From Phoronis australis (lineage: Eukaryota; Animalia; Phoronida), in contig NMRA01000017.1 of assembly GCA_002633005.1 (NCBI GenBank), positions 1,305,474-1,369,473 on the forward strand: a DNA stretch of 64,000 nucleotides, given 5' to 3'. A model generated the notes under the pieces. It was not told where the DNA came from. It worked only from the letters and a program-made list of their open reading frames with translations, and did no database searches. Of this stretch, positions 50,401 through 62,251 are shown one piece after another (position 1 is the stretch's first letter; the number at the start of each line of letters is the position of its first letter). The position numbers and the translations under genes are program-made.

Positions 50401-50767
50401 TCCAAATACCAATAAATCCGTAAGAGCTAGTGAAATAAAACAACACATTTTTATAAGAACTCGGTGTATTTATAATGGTTTTACATCGAAGTTTGATGAT
50501 TTATTGGTGTTAAACGATGATTTCAAGCGATAAGCTGACACCAGTAACCCGTGTTGTGAACTGCTGAACAGACTGCGTGTGGAACCGATGACGTCATTGG
50601 ATAATTTCAACACCTCCGTCTGCCGTCAGGTGTCAGGTAACGCAACCGTACGTGTCGTGATGGAGTAGAACTACTCGATCTAAATTGATACAAATTAGGT
50701 TGTTTTTTGGGTGGCATGCTCCTTTAAGACGGTTAAAAAGACTAATTAAATCGGGTGGCATTCTCCT
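47420..50767 (-). mobile_element. Kolobok-like element (outer copy, reverse orientation) containing a nested copy
   Basis: TIR AGGAGAATGCCACCC at both ends, TTAA TSD (47416-47419, 50768-50771); THAP remnant RCIVPACPN...FFRLPRESEMLRKCLAIVKN... (48719-48934, minus) convergent with a KolX-like start METQSP...GYQFE (48516, plus). Confidence 0.82.
49055..50723 (+). mobile_element. Kolobok-like element (inner copy, forward orientation)
   Basis: TIRs AGGAGAATGCCACCC.../...GGGTGGCATGCTCCT with TTAA TSD (49051-49054, 50724-50727); THAP remnant ...ESEILWKWLMVVKNE...KHLRVCG (49220-49477). Confidence 0.82.
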
Positions 50768-50771
50768 TTAA

Positions 50772-52164
50772 ATTTTAAAACTTCTACTGAACACTTTTTT
50801 GTTTCGAAATATGGTATGCACGGAAAATTTGTTCAACGAATTTCCCGTGCTAGCCACTTTTTTGAACAAATCGAACTGTATAAGTGATACTTATTACTGA
50901 GTTTTTTGTTTCCCGCCACGTTATGTCATCAGTGGAAGCCGTTGGTAAGTTGAAAGCAATGGCGGATAGTAGTGGTTTTGTAAGTTACAAAAGCTTAGAG
51001 AGCAAGTGTTATGGAGACAGGTACGGAGATGGGGTTGAAGACGACACTCAGGACCTAGGTGAAACAGATAATGAGTTAGACCTCGCCATATCAGCAGACT
51101 GCGTGTCTGAGGCCGTACGAACTCTACCCTCTCGCACCGGCGTCATCTGCGAGTGAAGCCGAGTCAGAAGCTACTCAATCTGTGGACAGTCCTGATATCA
51201 AAACCACACACGATTTAATTTTGTAACCACTTTAGTGTCATGCAAAATGTATATGTCTCAAACTGTGAATCCATAACCGAAAGTTTTACCATATGACGTC
51301 CAAGCCCGAGTTGCGAATAGCGGCCATATTGATGCCGTGTGCGTATGTCAGGAATGATCATATCTAATTATTGTCATGCTAACTGGGTTTTATTACAGGT
51401 AAATGATGCTCGTTTCTGTCTTGCCTGTTCCAAAATTATGAAAGCTTTGTACCGTTGTGATTCGTCGACTATTTCTGTCCAGTGCTCTACTCCAGTCTCT
51501 CTGTGCAGGCTGCGGTCGTCACCTCAATTTGCCTGGCATCTGCATTCCGTTTTCTACTATTTGGCATTGACGTATATGTGTTAAGCATGCATTCCTACAA
51601 AAACCTTGAACTAGATTATACTGATTAGAACTTTCTTACTGCAATCACATTCATTATCTGTCACAATTTGATGCTGAAGCTGATACTCAATGTGTGCCTG
51701 GCAACCACGTTCCCAGCAATGGTACAACACTACTTTTGTCCATCAAATGCACTTACACGTTGGAGATACCTTTATCAAATCTCCGTTTCTGCGACTAGTC
51801 GAAGCACGATTCTTCAAAATTGGCTGAGCATAGCGCGTGGTCCCTGAACTTGGATCGCTTGCTCTACCGTGTACTGTCATACCCGTGTCCCACGTACGCA
51901 CCTGTGCCATTTCTGGGCGGTCTTAGGGTCTTTTGGAAACCCCAAAACTGAAATATTATCTGTAAGGTTGCTATTACTACTTCCACTGCACACGCATCTT
52001 TTCATAATACTCGTCTAAAGCAATATTCAACTCTTTTCGAGTTCACGGCTGGTGTAGAACAACAATGGCGGAGACCGGACTTCCACTGATGACGTCACAC
52101 AAAATTCACATATTTTAATTATTAAAACTGTGACCCCTGGTAGAGTAGGCATCCAATCACCTTA
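50772..52164 (-). mobile_element. Second, different Kolobok-like remnant (THAP fragment plus convergent acidic ORF)
   Basis: Minus-strand MKRCVCSGSSNSNLTDNISVLGFPKDPKTAQKWHRCVRGTR (from ~52005) is a THAP N-terminus; plus-strand MADSSGF... acidic ORF from ~50959; subterminal inverted GTCATCAGTGGAAG/CTTCCACTGATGAC; TTAA near 52161. Left boundary uncertain. Confidence 0.55.
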
Positions 52165-52271
52165 AATACTTGATATTATTATTATTATTTTACGCAATGA
52201 CATAAGGGACACTCGCATTGTCATTCCATAACTTAGTGTGACATTTTGTCTCTCAAATGTATACCAAACCA

Positions 52272-53089
52272 ATAAATATAGATTATTACATAGCGAAGTC
52301 GTTATCCCCCGTATTCTAGAGCCCGAGTGGATTTTGGAGAATTATCTCCAGTATCCACGAAGGCTCTAGATAAGGGGGATAACGACTGAGAACATGTAAT
52401 AATCTATTTATACCACATACTGAACGAGAAACATTGCAATGAATCGATCTACCTTTCTCGACTCGCCCCGGCTTTGTAACTACTTTCTATGTGAGAGGCC
52501 CGGGGTCGGAGGTAGTGACCTTTTAAGAAAAGCCGAGCTATTTTTGTCAAATAATGCTTTTACTCAAAACCAATTGAAAATTTAAACAAAATAGAAATAA
52601 AGTGAATCTATAAATTAAGGTTTAGCAACTATTATAGCGGATATCGTGTCATCAGGATCCTTTGGCTTGAGCACTATACTCAGTTACCAGTGGTAACCTA
52701 CTTTAGCAGACGACATTTTCCCGGTCGAAGCTTGGCGTGATACAATGTGTAGTAAGTTATAATAGTTTCTAAACCTTAATTTATAGATTTCTATTTTGTT
52801 TAAACTTTCAATTGGCTTTGAGTAGAAGCATTATTTGACAAAAATAGCTCGGCTTTTCTTAAAAGGTCACGACCTCCGACCCCGGGTCTCTAACATAGAA
52901 AGTAGTTACAAAGCCGAGGCGAGAGAGGTAGACCGACTCATTGCAATGTTTCTCGTTCAGTATGTGGTATAAGTAGATTATTACTTGTTCTCAGTCGTTA
53001 TCCCCCTTTTCGTGGATTTTGGAGAATTATCACCCGAGGTCTCTAGATAAAGGGGATAACGACTTCGCCATGTAATAATCTATATTTAT
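52272..53089. mobile_element. Foldback element (~820 bp) with ~360-bp inverted arms whose termini are themselves hairpins
   Basis: ATAAATATAGATTATTACATAGCGAAGTCGTTATCCCC... vs ...GGGGATAACGACTTCGCCATGTAATAATCTATATTTAT; arms continue to about 52635/52755. Superfamily unassigned. Confidence 0.8.
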
Positions 53090-53324
53090 CCCCGATAAGA
53101 TTTTTATTTTGTGAAGCGCTCTCGCTAATGTCTGGCGTGAAAGCGCAACAATGCGTCACAAGCCACGTTCATACTGGCATCTCAGATTACTTCGAGGCGG
53201 GGAAGATTTGCCCTCTACTAGCTTTCAAACTTGATAGAGCTAGACACCTCTTAACTCAAAAATGCATAGCCAATTTTATTCACAAGCACACACGGTAGTA
53301 ACATGTACATGTTTGTATGTGTCT

Positions 53325-53385
53325 AACTTTTATGTATGTATTTATGTATGTACGTAAGTATGTATGTATGTATGTATGTATGAAT
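53325..53385. repeat. (TATG)n microsatellite
   Basis: Imperfect TATGTATGTATG run visible directly. Confidence 0.85.
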
Positions 53386-54849
53386 AAATGTATCCGTACA
53401 TATTGCAACTTGTCCCAAGTACAATATTCGAATGCTATGCACATTAGTCAACAATACACAAGTTGGTCTTCTGTTTGGAGACACAGTATACAGATTTCAC
53501 GGAGGTGACTGGTTTCCTCAACAGCTTATGAAGTTTATACAGAGAAGAATTTGTCCAGAGACTTACACTTAAACCCTTCACACTATGGTGCCGTCATAAA
53601 TGCTTGCATTCGGTTACCAACAAATTTGGTATGATATTTTTGAGAATTTCTTCTTCAATTTGTGTACTTTTAATCAAAAATCAAAGCAAAAATAAATTAT
53701 TAAAATTTTCATTTGACGTCATCAGTGGATCCGGTTTCCACAATTGTGTTGTTCTACACCAGCCGAGAGGTCTAACTGATTACCTGTTTCACCTACGGCC
53801 TGAGTGTCTTCTTCACCACATCTTTATGTCGGTCTTCCTAATACTCGTCAAGCACGCTCTCTAAGTCTTTGTAACTTACAAAATCACTACTATCGGCCAT
53901 TGAATAAATATTGGCAGCAGACCAACGTCTTCCATTGATGATATCACATGGTGGGAAACTAAAAAAATCATTATTTTTCAACATTCGAAGGTCCTCAGTT
54001 ACTTCCCAAAATAAGTGCTTTTAGCTCGATGTAGTTTTATAAAATTATTATACACGTTCTAAAACCTCAAAAATACAAAAATTCATTGTAGAAACGCCCT
54101 AAAAGGATACTAAAGCCTGTTTTGATGATTTCAACCAATTCTCGTTCTGCAACCTGCTAATGAGTCTCCTTTACTATACTGTGACATGAAACAACAATGT
54201 ATCAATTTCTCAACTATATTGATAACGACTAAGTACTGTACACCATACTCACATTTTCATGAAAACGACAAGATTTGCGGAGATATTTGACAACGGATTT
54301 TGTCACACAAGCGTTTTCTCGGAGATGAAAATGTCAGCAAGAACACGCGTTTACTCAAGCCACAAGAAGAGACGTGCCCGTGCGCTTCCTGGCACTCCAG
54401 AGAGGACTGAAAACTGATGCAACCACCCGCCGCAGTCCTCACAGTGTATCCAGTTTCGCTGAATGTAGCCTTGTCAAGTGCCCAGGTACGTAGCTAGCTA
54501 TACATGCATTATTTTTCTTCATTGAGCAATTCATTCAAAAGCGGGCACCATCTGGCATAGTGTTTAAAAAAACTGGAGATTAAGTGTTTTCGGCCTATCT
54601 AAGACAGTAAGCCATTCACTTCTGTAGCAAAGAATTCATGTCAACATTCGCAATTTCCTTTAGTAATGTTCAAAAAACTTTTTTACCAGTTAGGTACGTG
54701 CACTAATTTTGGGATATTCGTCCCTTGATCGAAAACGTTTGAGATAATAGAAGTTAACTTTATTTGATAGGTAGAGGTGATTTAGGAGGGAACAGGGACC
54801 CCAAACAATTCTGACTTTACCAAATGTTAAGACTGGTCCTGGTACTCTC

Positions 54850-55507
54850 TGATATGCCGACATTCTTTTGAAGGGTTTTCATCCCACTGAGTTTTTGGCC
54901 ATTCTTTGCACAGAAGATTTGCTCACTTGTAAATCGATTGCGACTTCTCTTAGAGATTTGTGATTCCCCGGGTTGTCCTCCTCGGATTGAATCAGTTCCT
55001 CAACACGATGCTCGTTTTCTTTCGAACATGCAGTCTTGGGTCTCTCACTGCCACTTTTACGCGCAACAGACCCCGTGTGTTGCGTATTTTAGCAATAAGT
55101 CCATTTTCAGTGGCACGACTCCACCCTTTTCCTTGGAACTCCCTTACGATTCTTCTTCCGCTCCACTCTTTCTCCTTGAAACAGGTTTCAATTGTAAATT
55201 TATCACTTTCACTCAAAGGCATCCTTAAAAACCGGAATATTGGACAGAACTGATTTGGATACAGGTCTGACAACAAAAAAAAACAACAGTATACTTGAGA
55301 CACAGGCATGCATGTTTTTGACAGACAGATGCCAGCACAGCGTGAACACGATGAAAGTCACAGTGATGTTGCAGTTTCACCCTGCTGTATTGAATTTCAC
55401 AGTACTTCCATAAGTTTTTATATTTGACTCGAAAATTTGAACGAATTCGGTTGGTCAATTGCTGAGAAATTACTTGTCAAAAAGTGGCTCACATTTGGGG
55501 ACACCTG
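54850..55507 (-). mobile_element. Tc1/mariner-superfamily transposon 5' remnant
   Basis: Terminus CAGGTGTCCCCAAATG on the minus strand at 55507; ORF from 55222 MPLSESDKFTIETCFKEKEWSGRRIVREFQGKGWSRATENGLIAKIRNTRG..(frameshift)..KGSGRPKT matches a transposase paired-HTH N-terminus with the GRPK motif. Confidence 0.7.
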
Positions 55508-56612
55508 ATATAAGTATTTACATCTGCCAAGCTTATAATTTTATTATCTCTAGTCTTCCCTTTTTCACAACTAAGATCTGTTGTGGATGCTCATCCGTAA
55601 GACGATACGTGGCCCCGGGGATGTTCCCCAGGTAGATCTACCAACGATTCCTTTCTCTTTTGAGTGGACTAAAGCACATTCGAAATTTCTTTTCACCTGT
55701 TTCTTTGCAGTTTGTTCGTAAGCATCTTCGAATGGAATTTTCCTTTTCTTGTAAGAGTTAACTTGCATAAATTTCAGCACAATAATTAAAAGCAGTTTTA
55801 TCTCAAAATGATCCGAATTTCTTAAACTCCTTGTTTCAATTTTAAGTAATACGCATTCCATATAAAACCAATATTGGTTTCTATTCTTTCTGCACACTGC
55901 CATGTGGCGGTGAAGAAGTACACATGATTACATAATTCAATTAGTCAACGGCATCATTGACCCTCTTGAAGGCAACTGAAGAGCATTGTCAATTTTTTTG
56001 TGAACTCTTGGTCTAGGTTTGAACTTAAACGCTCAACCTAGCTGTTTATATATCCACCATTCCAGGAATTTTTGCGATCTCATGCCTGTTATCTGTTCAC
56101 CTACTGACTGCTTGCGAGACATTTCCTTGTTAACGTTTACAAAGAATTCTACCTGAAAATTATCGGAATTAACCTGTTCACCCACATTACAATGAGTTCA
56201 GTCGCACGCAGTGGATTCATTACATGACACAAGCTACTCCCTACATTATCAGTACATGTTAAATTATCAACGTTTTTGTCTGAACCAACTCTGCCATTTA
56301 CATTGTACAATGCGAAGCTGATAGAAGTTACATAAATACAATAGATCACCTCCATAGTCATTTCTCTCCATGTCTTGCACGTTGGGTACACAATAACTAT
56401 CAAACACGTAACCCTACAAGAGCCAGTACCCGGTGTACCCGCACTTTTAGGAGTATTTTTCTGATTGGGCAGTATCACAGGCTCAATTCAAATTTCAATT
56501 TGATGATAACTCCTTATCAGTCAGTACATACTGCAGTCAGTACATACTGACTGTTGTACCGTACGCAAAAATCATACCTTTTGCTAAGGTTTTTCGTGAT
56601 CCTCATTTTCGT

Positions 56613-56850
56613 GGACACTCATTTCGGGTTCCTTGGTTAGAAAAAAATCAATATGACTATAATCTAGCCAAAATCACGTGTTTTCATTTGAAATACACGA
56701 CCATTACCAGCAATATTGAAACCGTGAATTGCGCATGCGCGAAAATCACTCAGTTAGCCCNGGACACTCATTTCGGGTTCCTTGGTTAGAAAAAAATCAA
56801 TATGACTATAATCTAGCCAAAATCACGTGTTTTCATTTGAAATACACGAC
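56613..56850. repeat. Exact ~89-bp direct duplication across an N (probable assembly artefact)
   Basis: GGACACTCATTTCGGG...GAAATACACGAC at 56613-56701 and 56762-56850; N at 56761. Confidence 0.8.
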
Positions 56851-58169
56851 AGTATCTCACGTAATCTCGCGAAGTCCGAAATAATGTACACGACGTCACA
56901 CGGAAATGGACGAACTTTGTATCAAATGAGCATGGATTAGAAATGGATTCTGGGCTTCGAAAAACGATAAATCCCTTCTTGCTTGGGACCACGTTCGACC
57001 CCTAAAATGACCTTGCGTGACAAGCCAACGAATCTGATCTCAAGCAATGAATGGCATAATGTCATCTGCATCTAAGTCCAGATATCACCTCTAATTGACT
57101 GAGGATCAATTCAAGACCAATTTCGTATCGGCAAGAGATATAAATCAGGATTTGACAAATGACAAAAAAAGAGGAAAAATGTTCAGATGTATTTTTCCAC
57201 AAATAGGCTTGTGTGAGGCATATTTTTGTGCCCTAAAATTTAACTAAGATAAACTTTTTTGCACGAATAGTGTCAAAATAACGGAAACCGGAAATAAAAT
57301 AAGAGGAAATCGAAACCAAAAAGAGAAAATCCTCATAAAAGATGAAATTGATAGATCAAGTTAGATTTTGTGACGGAAGGTGGGTTTATAGCCATTTTCA
57401 CGAAAGACGTCGCTCTAGTCGCTTTAAATTCATTCTAGCGACGCAATGCGGAGGTTGATTGAATCAAACTTCTTCACCACTTACTCGATTTATTAAATGA
57501 ACATGCAACGACCGGTAATACAATAACAGTCGTGTGGCTCAGTGTACCTGACACAAGTCAAATCCAACACGGCCGAGAAATGCAGGATGTTTTAAGGTTC
57601 GGGAGCAAAGACTAAAACTGCGCAAAGGAATTTTGTCCGAGTTAAAAGAACACTTACGAGGATTACTATAACGAACAAGAAACCTTGAGAAGTGAAATGT
57701 ACTTAACTATACAGGGTTACACACATTTTCGATAGGGTTGCAGCGACCCCGAAAAAAGCTATGCTATGGGTTTATCAGATGGCACGAGATTTATGAAATT
57801 ACGAGCGCTCGGGCATAAATCATATCCCAGCTTCTTTTTTTCTTTCATAGCGCGCACGAACGATTGCGAAAAATACAGCGATTTCACAGTCATCATCGTC
57901 TTAATAATTGAAATAATAACGAAAAGCTCAAACTATATCGATGATTGCGGGTCTTCTGGTGACGTAATAACATCACAGCAAAATGATGCGGTACTTTGTT
58001 TACCTCGTTTCCAAATGCATGTGTCACGTATTGCACTATGTGGATTGAGAAAAATTATTTAAGTTCAATAATATTATTTTGCGCAGCTTAAAATATTAAT
58101 TGGGTGAACCTCAACATCAGTATTTATAACGTTTTTGAATTTGAAACTATTTTATTCCTGGGTTCCTAT

Positions 58170-58722
58170 TAAAAGATGATAATAATCAATAAAGATCCTT
58201 TTGAAACCGAAAAGCCGTACCTTGAGGCTGTCGGTGTACAGTCGGTTCGTCCATTTCTCAGGGACTTTGTTCACCACCAGATGCGCCCTCTCTCGTTGTG
58301 AAATAAAACAATAAGAGCATCGCCACCCCAACCTCAGACCCATTACGTCTATTCAAAAACATGGCAGGGACCTACATCACCAGGTCTCTGATGAGGATTT
58401 CAGTGTATTAAGTCAACATCTATATAAAATATATACAGATAAGTGGAAGCGTAGGATACGGGAGGCTATCGAGATTCACATCCATAGACCAAGTCTGAAC
58501 AGAGATCCCGTTCTTGACTTACCTGCGGTGTACTCGGACCTGCTACGGGATTCCCCTTAACATTAGGGAATCCCCCATGTTGTATTGTTTTATTCCACAA
58601 GAGAGGGCGCACCTGGTGGTGAACCAAGCCCGTGAGAAATGGACGAAACGGCTGTTCACCGACAATCTAAAGGTCCGACTTTTCGGTTTCAAAAGCATCT
58701 TTATTTAGTATTATCGTTTTTT
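58170..58722 (+). mobile_element. Penelope-like GIY-YIG endonuclease C-terminal fragment between ~145-bp inverted arms
   Basis: 58342-58545 translates ITSIQKHGRDLHHQVSDEDFSVLSQ...KWKRRIREAIEIHIHRPSLNRDP...LPAVYSDLL (Penelope EN signature R.I.EAI.I....P.LNRD); arms 58170-58318 and 58582-58722 are diverged reverse complements. Confidence 0.7.
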
Positions 58723-58729
58723 AGTTTAA

Positions 58730-59054
58730 AGCGGTCATAAACCACCTTTCCGTCAAAGAAGTATATTTTTTATTTCGACCACTCACAAGATTAGTCTCAG
58801 ATGAAGCAAAGTGGTTTGCAAACAAGTGACAGTTCGTCGATTATTCGGTGAGACGATGTTTGGCGCGTAAAATGCACACGTCGTATCAAGATAGCTTGTA
58901 GAGACTGGTCTAGGGCAGCAACGAAATGACAGTTCTTTCGAAGTCTTCAAATCACCTCCAGCTTGACTAAAGATTAATTTGAAACCAATTTCATAACCGT
59001 AAGTGGTCTAAATCAGAGGTTGTTTTCGTGATGGAAGGCGAATTTATAGCCGCT
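58730..59054. mobile_element. Small TTAA-flanked MITE (Kolobok-like)
   Basis: AGCGGTCATAAACCACCTTTCCGTCA.../...TGATGGAAGGCGAATTTATAGCCGCT with TTAA on both sides; a related end occurs at ~57370-57427. Confidence 0.55.
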
Positions 59055-59904
59055 TTAAATTGCTTCATAACAATGTTTCGGAACGCCTTCGGACTCTAGA
59101 AACAAATGCAAGACAGCACATTCATTTTGGTTCTGGTCTGCACCCAAGTCCCTTTTAAAGATGCGAAAAGGAGAAATCCCACGTCTGCATCATATTTGCC
59201 AAAAATTACCTTTTTTAATAATCTGACAAATATAACGTATTTTCAACGCAATGAGTTGTCAACTCAACTATAAACCTTGCCTTAAAGAACTACAAACCAG
59301 TACCGTAAGGGGCGACAAAGAACATGAGAGCCCTCCCACTCGGCACCACTCGCGCCAAGGCATCACTGAAGCTCGTTTGAATTGAGAAAAAAGGCATTGC
59401 TACACCAGTTTAGCTAGCATCAGGTGAATTTCTAATTCCTAAATGTGAGCTAAAATATAGCTGTGCACTATTTCAATTTTCAAAACAAGCATCGACCAGA
59501 ACCAAATATATGCCTTATTGGCATAACCTATAGTCAAACCCAGAACGATGACTAGTTAAACATGTAACAAGTTTCTTTCCAATTAAATACTGACGCTAAA
59601 AAACTCCAACTCGCTGCTAAAATACTAAAACACAACAGCTCAAGATTAGCGATTCAGGGGTATGTTTCACTAAAAGACTTTGGTGGCAACTAATTAGTTA
59701 CGACATATTTATGAGATCTAAACCAGGTGTAAATCAGACTTTAAGTGCAGAAAAATCCCAACTTGAGTTGTCAGCTAAAGATTAACTTCATGCTGAGTCG
59801 CAAAGTTGCAACCTGTCCGTGAAACAAGCACCAGTAGCTACAAAAATGAACTTAACTTTCGCTTAATAAAGGTTGCTAAAGAAGCAAGATCTAGAAATAC
59901 TAAA

Positions 59905-62251
59905 CTACACGCCCGTGTTTGGCGCTGTTTTTCTGCTCTTTCTCAACAGCTCCACGGCATCAGCGCTCTCTTTCAATTTTTTCTTAAGCTGTCTTATCCT
60001 CTCCTCGTGCAAGTCGACAGCTCCCACATCTGACAGAGCGGTCGATGAGCCATTTTTACTGGCAGACTCGGACAACTTTACGCTCGCATTCCCAGTTATT
60101 GATGCTCCGGTCTTCGCAGCAGCAATCACATTTGTATCAGTTGTGGTATTTTTAACCAATGTATGTGCACTGCTTGATGAGGCCAAAGAGACACCAATAG
60201 GAGACTGAGCGGAGGAACTTCGGCTGGCTGCTGGGGTCAACAAACCAGCAGATGGAGGCACAAGATGCAAATTGAAAGTCGAAGGTTGCACAAACGTGCT
60301 GGAAACACTGCCTTGAACGGGATTCAGCAAAGACGAAGGTGGTGCAACAACTTTAGGAGTAGCAGAAGTCGTCGGAGAATTCACGTAAATAATTTTTACG
60401 TTTGGAGTCTTTGGATTGCTTTGCACAGTGTTCACCGATACCGGAATACCGGATTGTACAGAACCAGAATTTGTCTGTACAGCTGCTACAGGAATTACTT
60501 TATCTTGACGCACTTTGTTTTGCGGCAACGGCATCAGATAAAACTTATTGTCAATCGATATGATTTGGAAGGTGTTGCTGGCAATGGGCTGTGCAACCTG
60601 CACGACTTGCTGCGAGGGTGGGATACTTCCCTGCTGCCATCCTACCCCACTAGCTACTAAGGGCGCAGGGGTTGCAATCTGTGGTGTTCCTGCCTTTGTG
60701 CCAACTGGCAACTCCTTAGGCAGTTTTGGGCTGTTTGTAGACAAGCTTAGGTGAGTTTTGATGGCGTTAAGGACAGTGGCGGAAGACTTTGCTTGTGGAA
60801 CGCGGTCGGCCGCGACCACTTTCCGTTGAACTGGAGCAGGTAAATAGGAGCCAGAGGTCACTAAACTTGTCTGAACACTGTTATTAGCTGACAAAACGGG
60901 TTTTACAGCTGAAGTCAACACAGATGCGCTGCAGGTAGCTGTCTGAGATTTCAGCATACTTATCAAACCACTGCTCGTTTTCGTGAACGCCTTTGGGTTG
61001 GAATTCACGGCACGCGCACGTTCTAATGCCTTGTCCAGGCCAATTTGCAGAGATAGCGATGATTTATTCTCCAAAGCCTTTTTAAACAGAGGTAAGCGAA
61101 ATGGTTGATTTTTCTGCTTAGTTGTACCTTGATACCAGTTGTCATCTATGTGCACACGCTTAGTTTTCGCAATGGTATTTCGTCTATCGAGAGGAATGAA
61201 CTCTCGCACGTGACCAGTACTCGAGGGCGAAAAATATACTTTGGATCTCATGCGCTTCACATTTTTAATATGTTCGTTCTCAGCAACTTCTATTTCGGAA
61301 AGTTCTTTTCTTTTCAGGGATTTACTAAATGCTGACACATCTGGTAAACACTTTCTAAGGAGAACTTTGCAATAAAATTCCTCGGACGACGTGCCTTTAC
61401 TCAATGGCAATTTATCCATATGCGTTTCAAAATTTTCCTGCTTCTCACTTTCAAAATTCTCGTCGTAACCAAAATCTATTGGCTCTTCTTTTATACCCAG
61501 TTTCTCCTCCAATGTTCGATACCCGCGCTGCTTTTGACCGGCAGCGTCACCTTCCGCAGACTTGAATATGGAACTGTCACGAGGACAATCGTAATCCACG
61601 GGTTCTTCTTTTATTTTTACCATATCTGGAGGGATTTCGCCCGAAGTGTTACCAGAGCTGTCGTTTCCACCTATTCCCGGTTCAATCTTAACAGAAACCA
61701 TTGGTGATAAAACAGGCATGTCGAGAAACTCGTCATCTTTCTCAAGAGACGACGGCGTTGCTACTGTTTTGGTTGGCGCTAGGGTACACACTGATGAGAT
61801 TTTGAGCTCTGACATTTCTTTACGAGGTTCGGTGTCCGTTTTCTTTCCAGTTGCTTTTCGTGTAGTTTTTTCCTTGTTGACTGCCCTTGAATAACGATGG
61901 TCCTTGTAATAATCTGGCTTGTTTGCCACCAACATAGTCGACACACCACCAGGGGAGCTCTGGACGGCAACTAGTGACTTCGTATCACGTGATGTCGCCG
62001 CTCGTATACCCCCAGGCGGACTCCGAGCTGGTAAAAGCACTTTCCTTTTCGTCCCATTCACTGTTGCTAATTCACACTTATAAAGCAATTTGGCGTCGCC
62101 TTTCTGTTTACATGGAAGTAAATAGTATTGATTGGGCACGTAGTTGTCGTTATCATGAGGGGCTGGAAGGGCCTCCGACTTCGGGGACACCGGAACCTGG
62201 CTTATGGGCGGGTCCAATGGCTGACTAGCATTTTTCAGTCCGTTAACTACC
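59905..62251 (-). CDS. Large terminal exon (~781 aa) of an unidentified, probably nuclear/chromatin-associated low-complexity protein with a C-terminal coiled coil; upstream exons not identified
   Basis: 770-aa open frame in the ORF track extends 5' to a polypyrimidine acceptor (tttctctcgtcgttgcag|G at 62251). Contains PsiKxE SUMO-type motifs (VKIEP, IKEEP x2), S/T/P/V/Q-rich tracts, basic clusters, and terminal HEERIRQLKKKLKESADAVELLRK. Confidence 0.8.

Noticed and set aside
56613-56850. Biological direct repeat or LTR pair
   Set aside because: Exact identity with the second copy starting immediately after an N points to a contig-overlap artefact.
59806-62228. Plus-strand ORFs overlapping the 770-aa exon (and those opposite the deacetylase exons)
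   Set aside because: Antisense shadows of real coding exons with no independent support.
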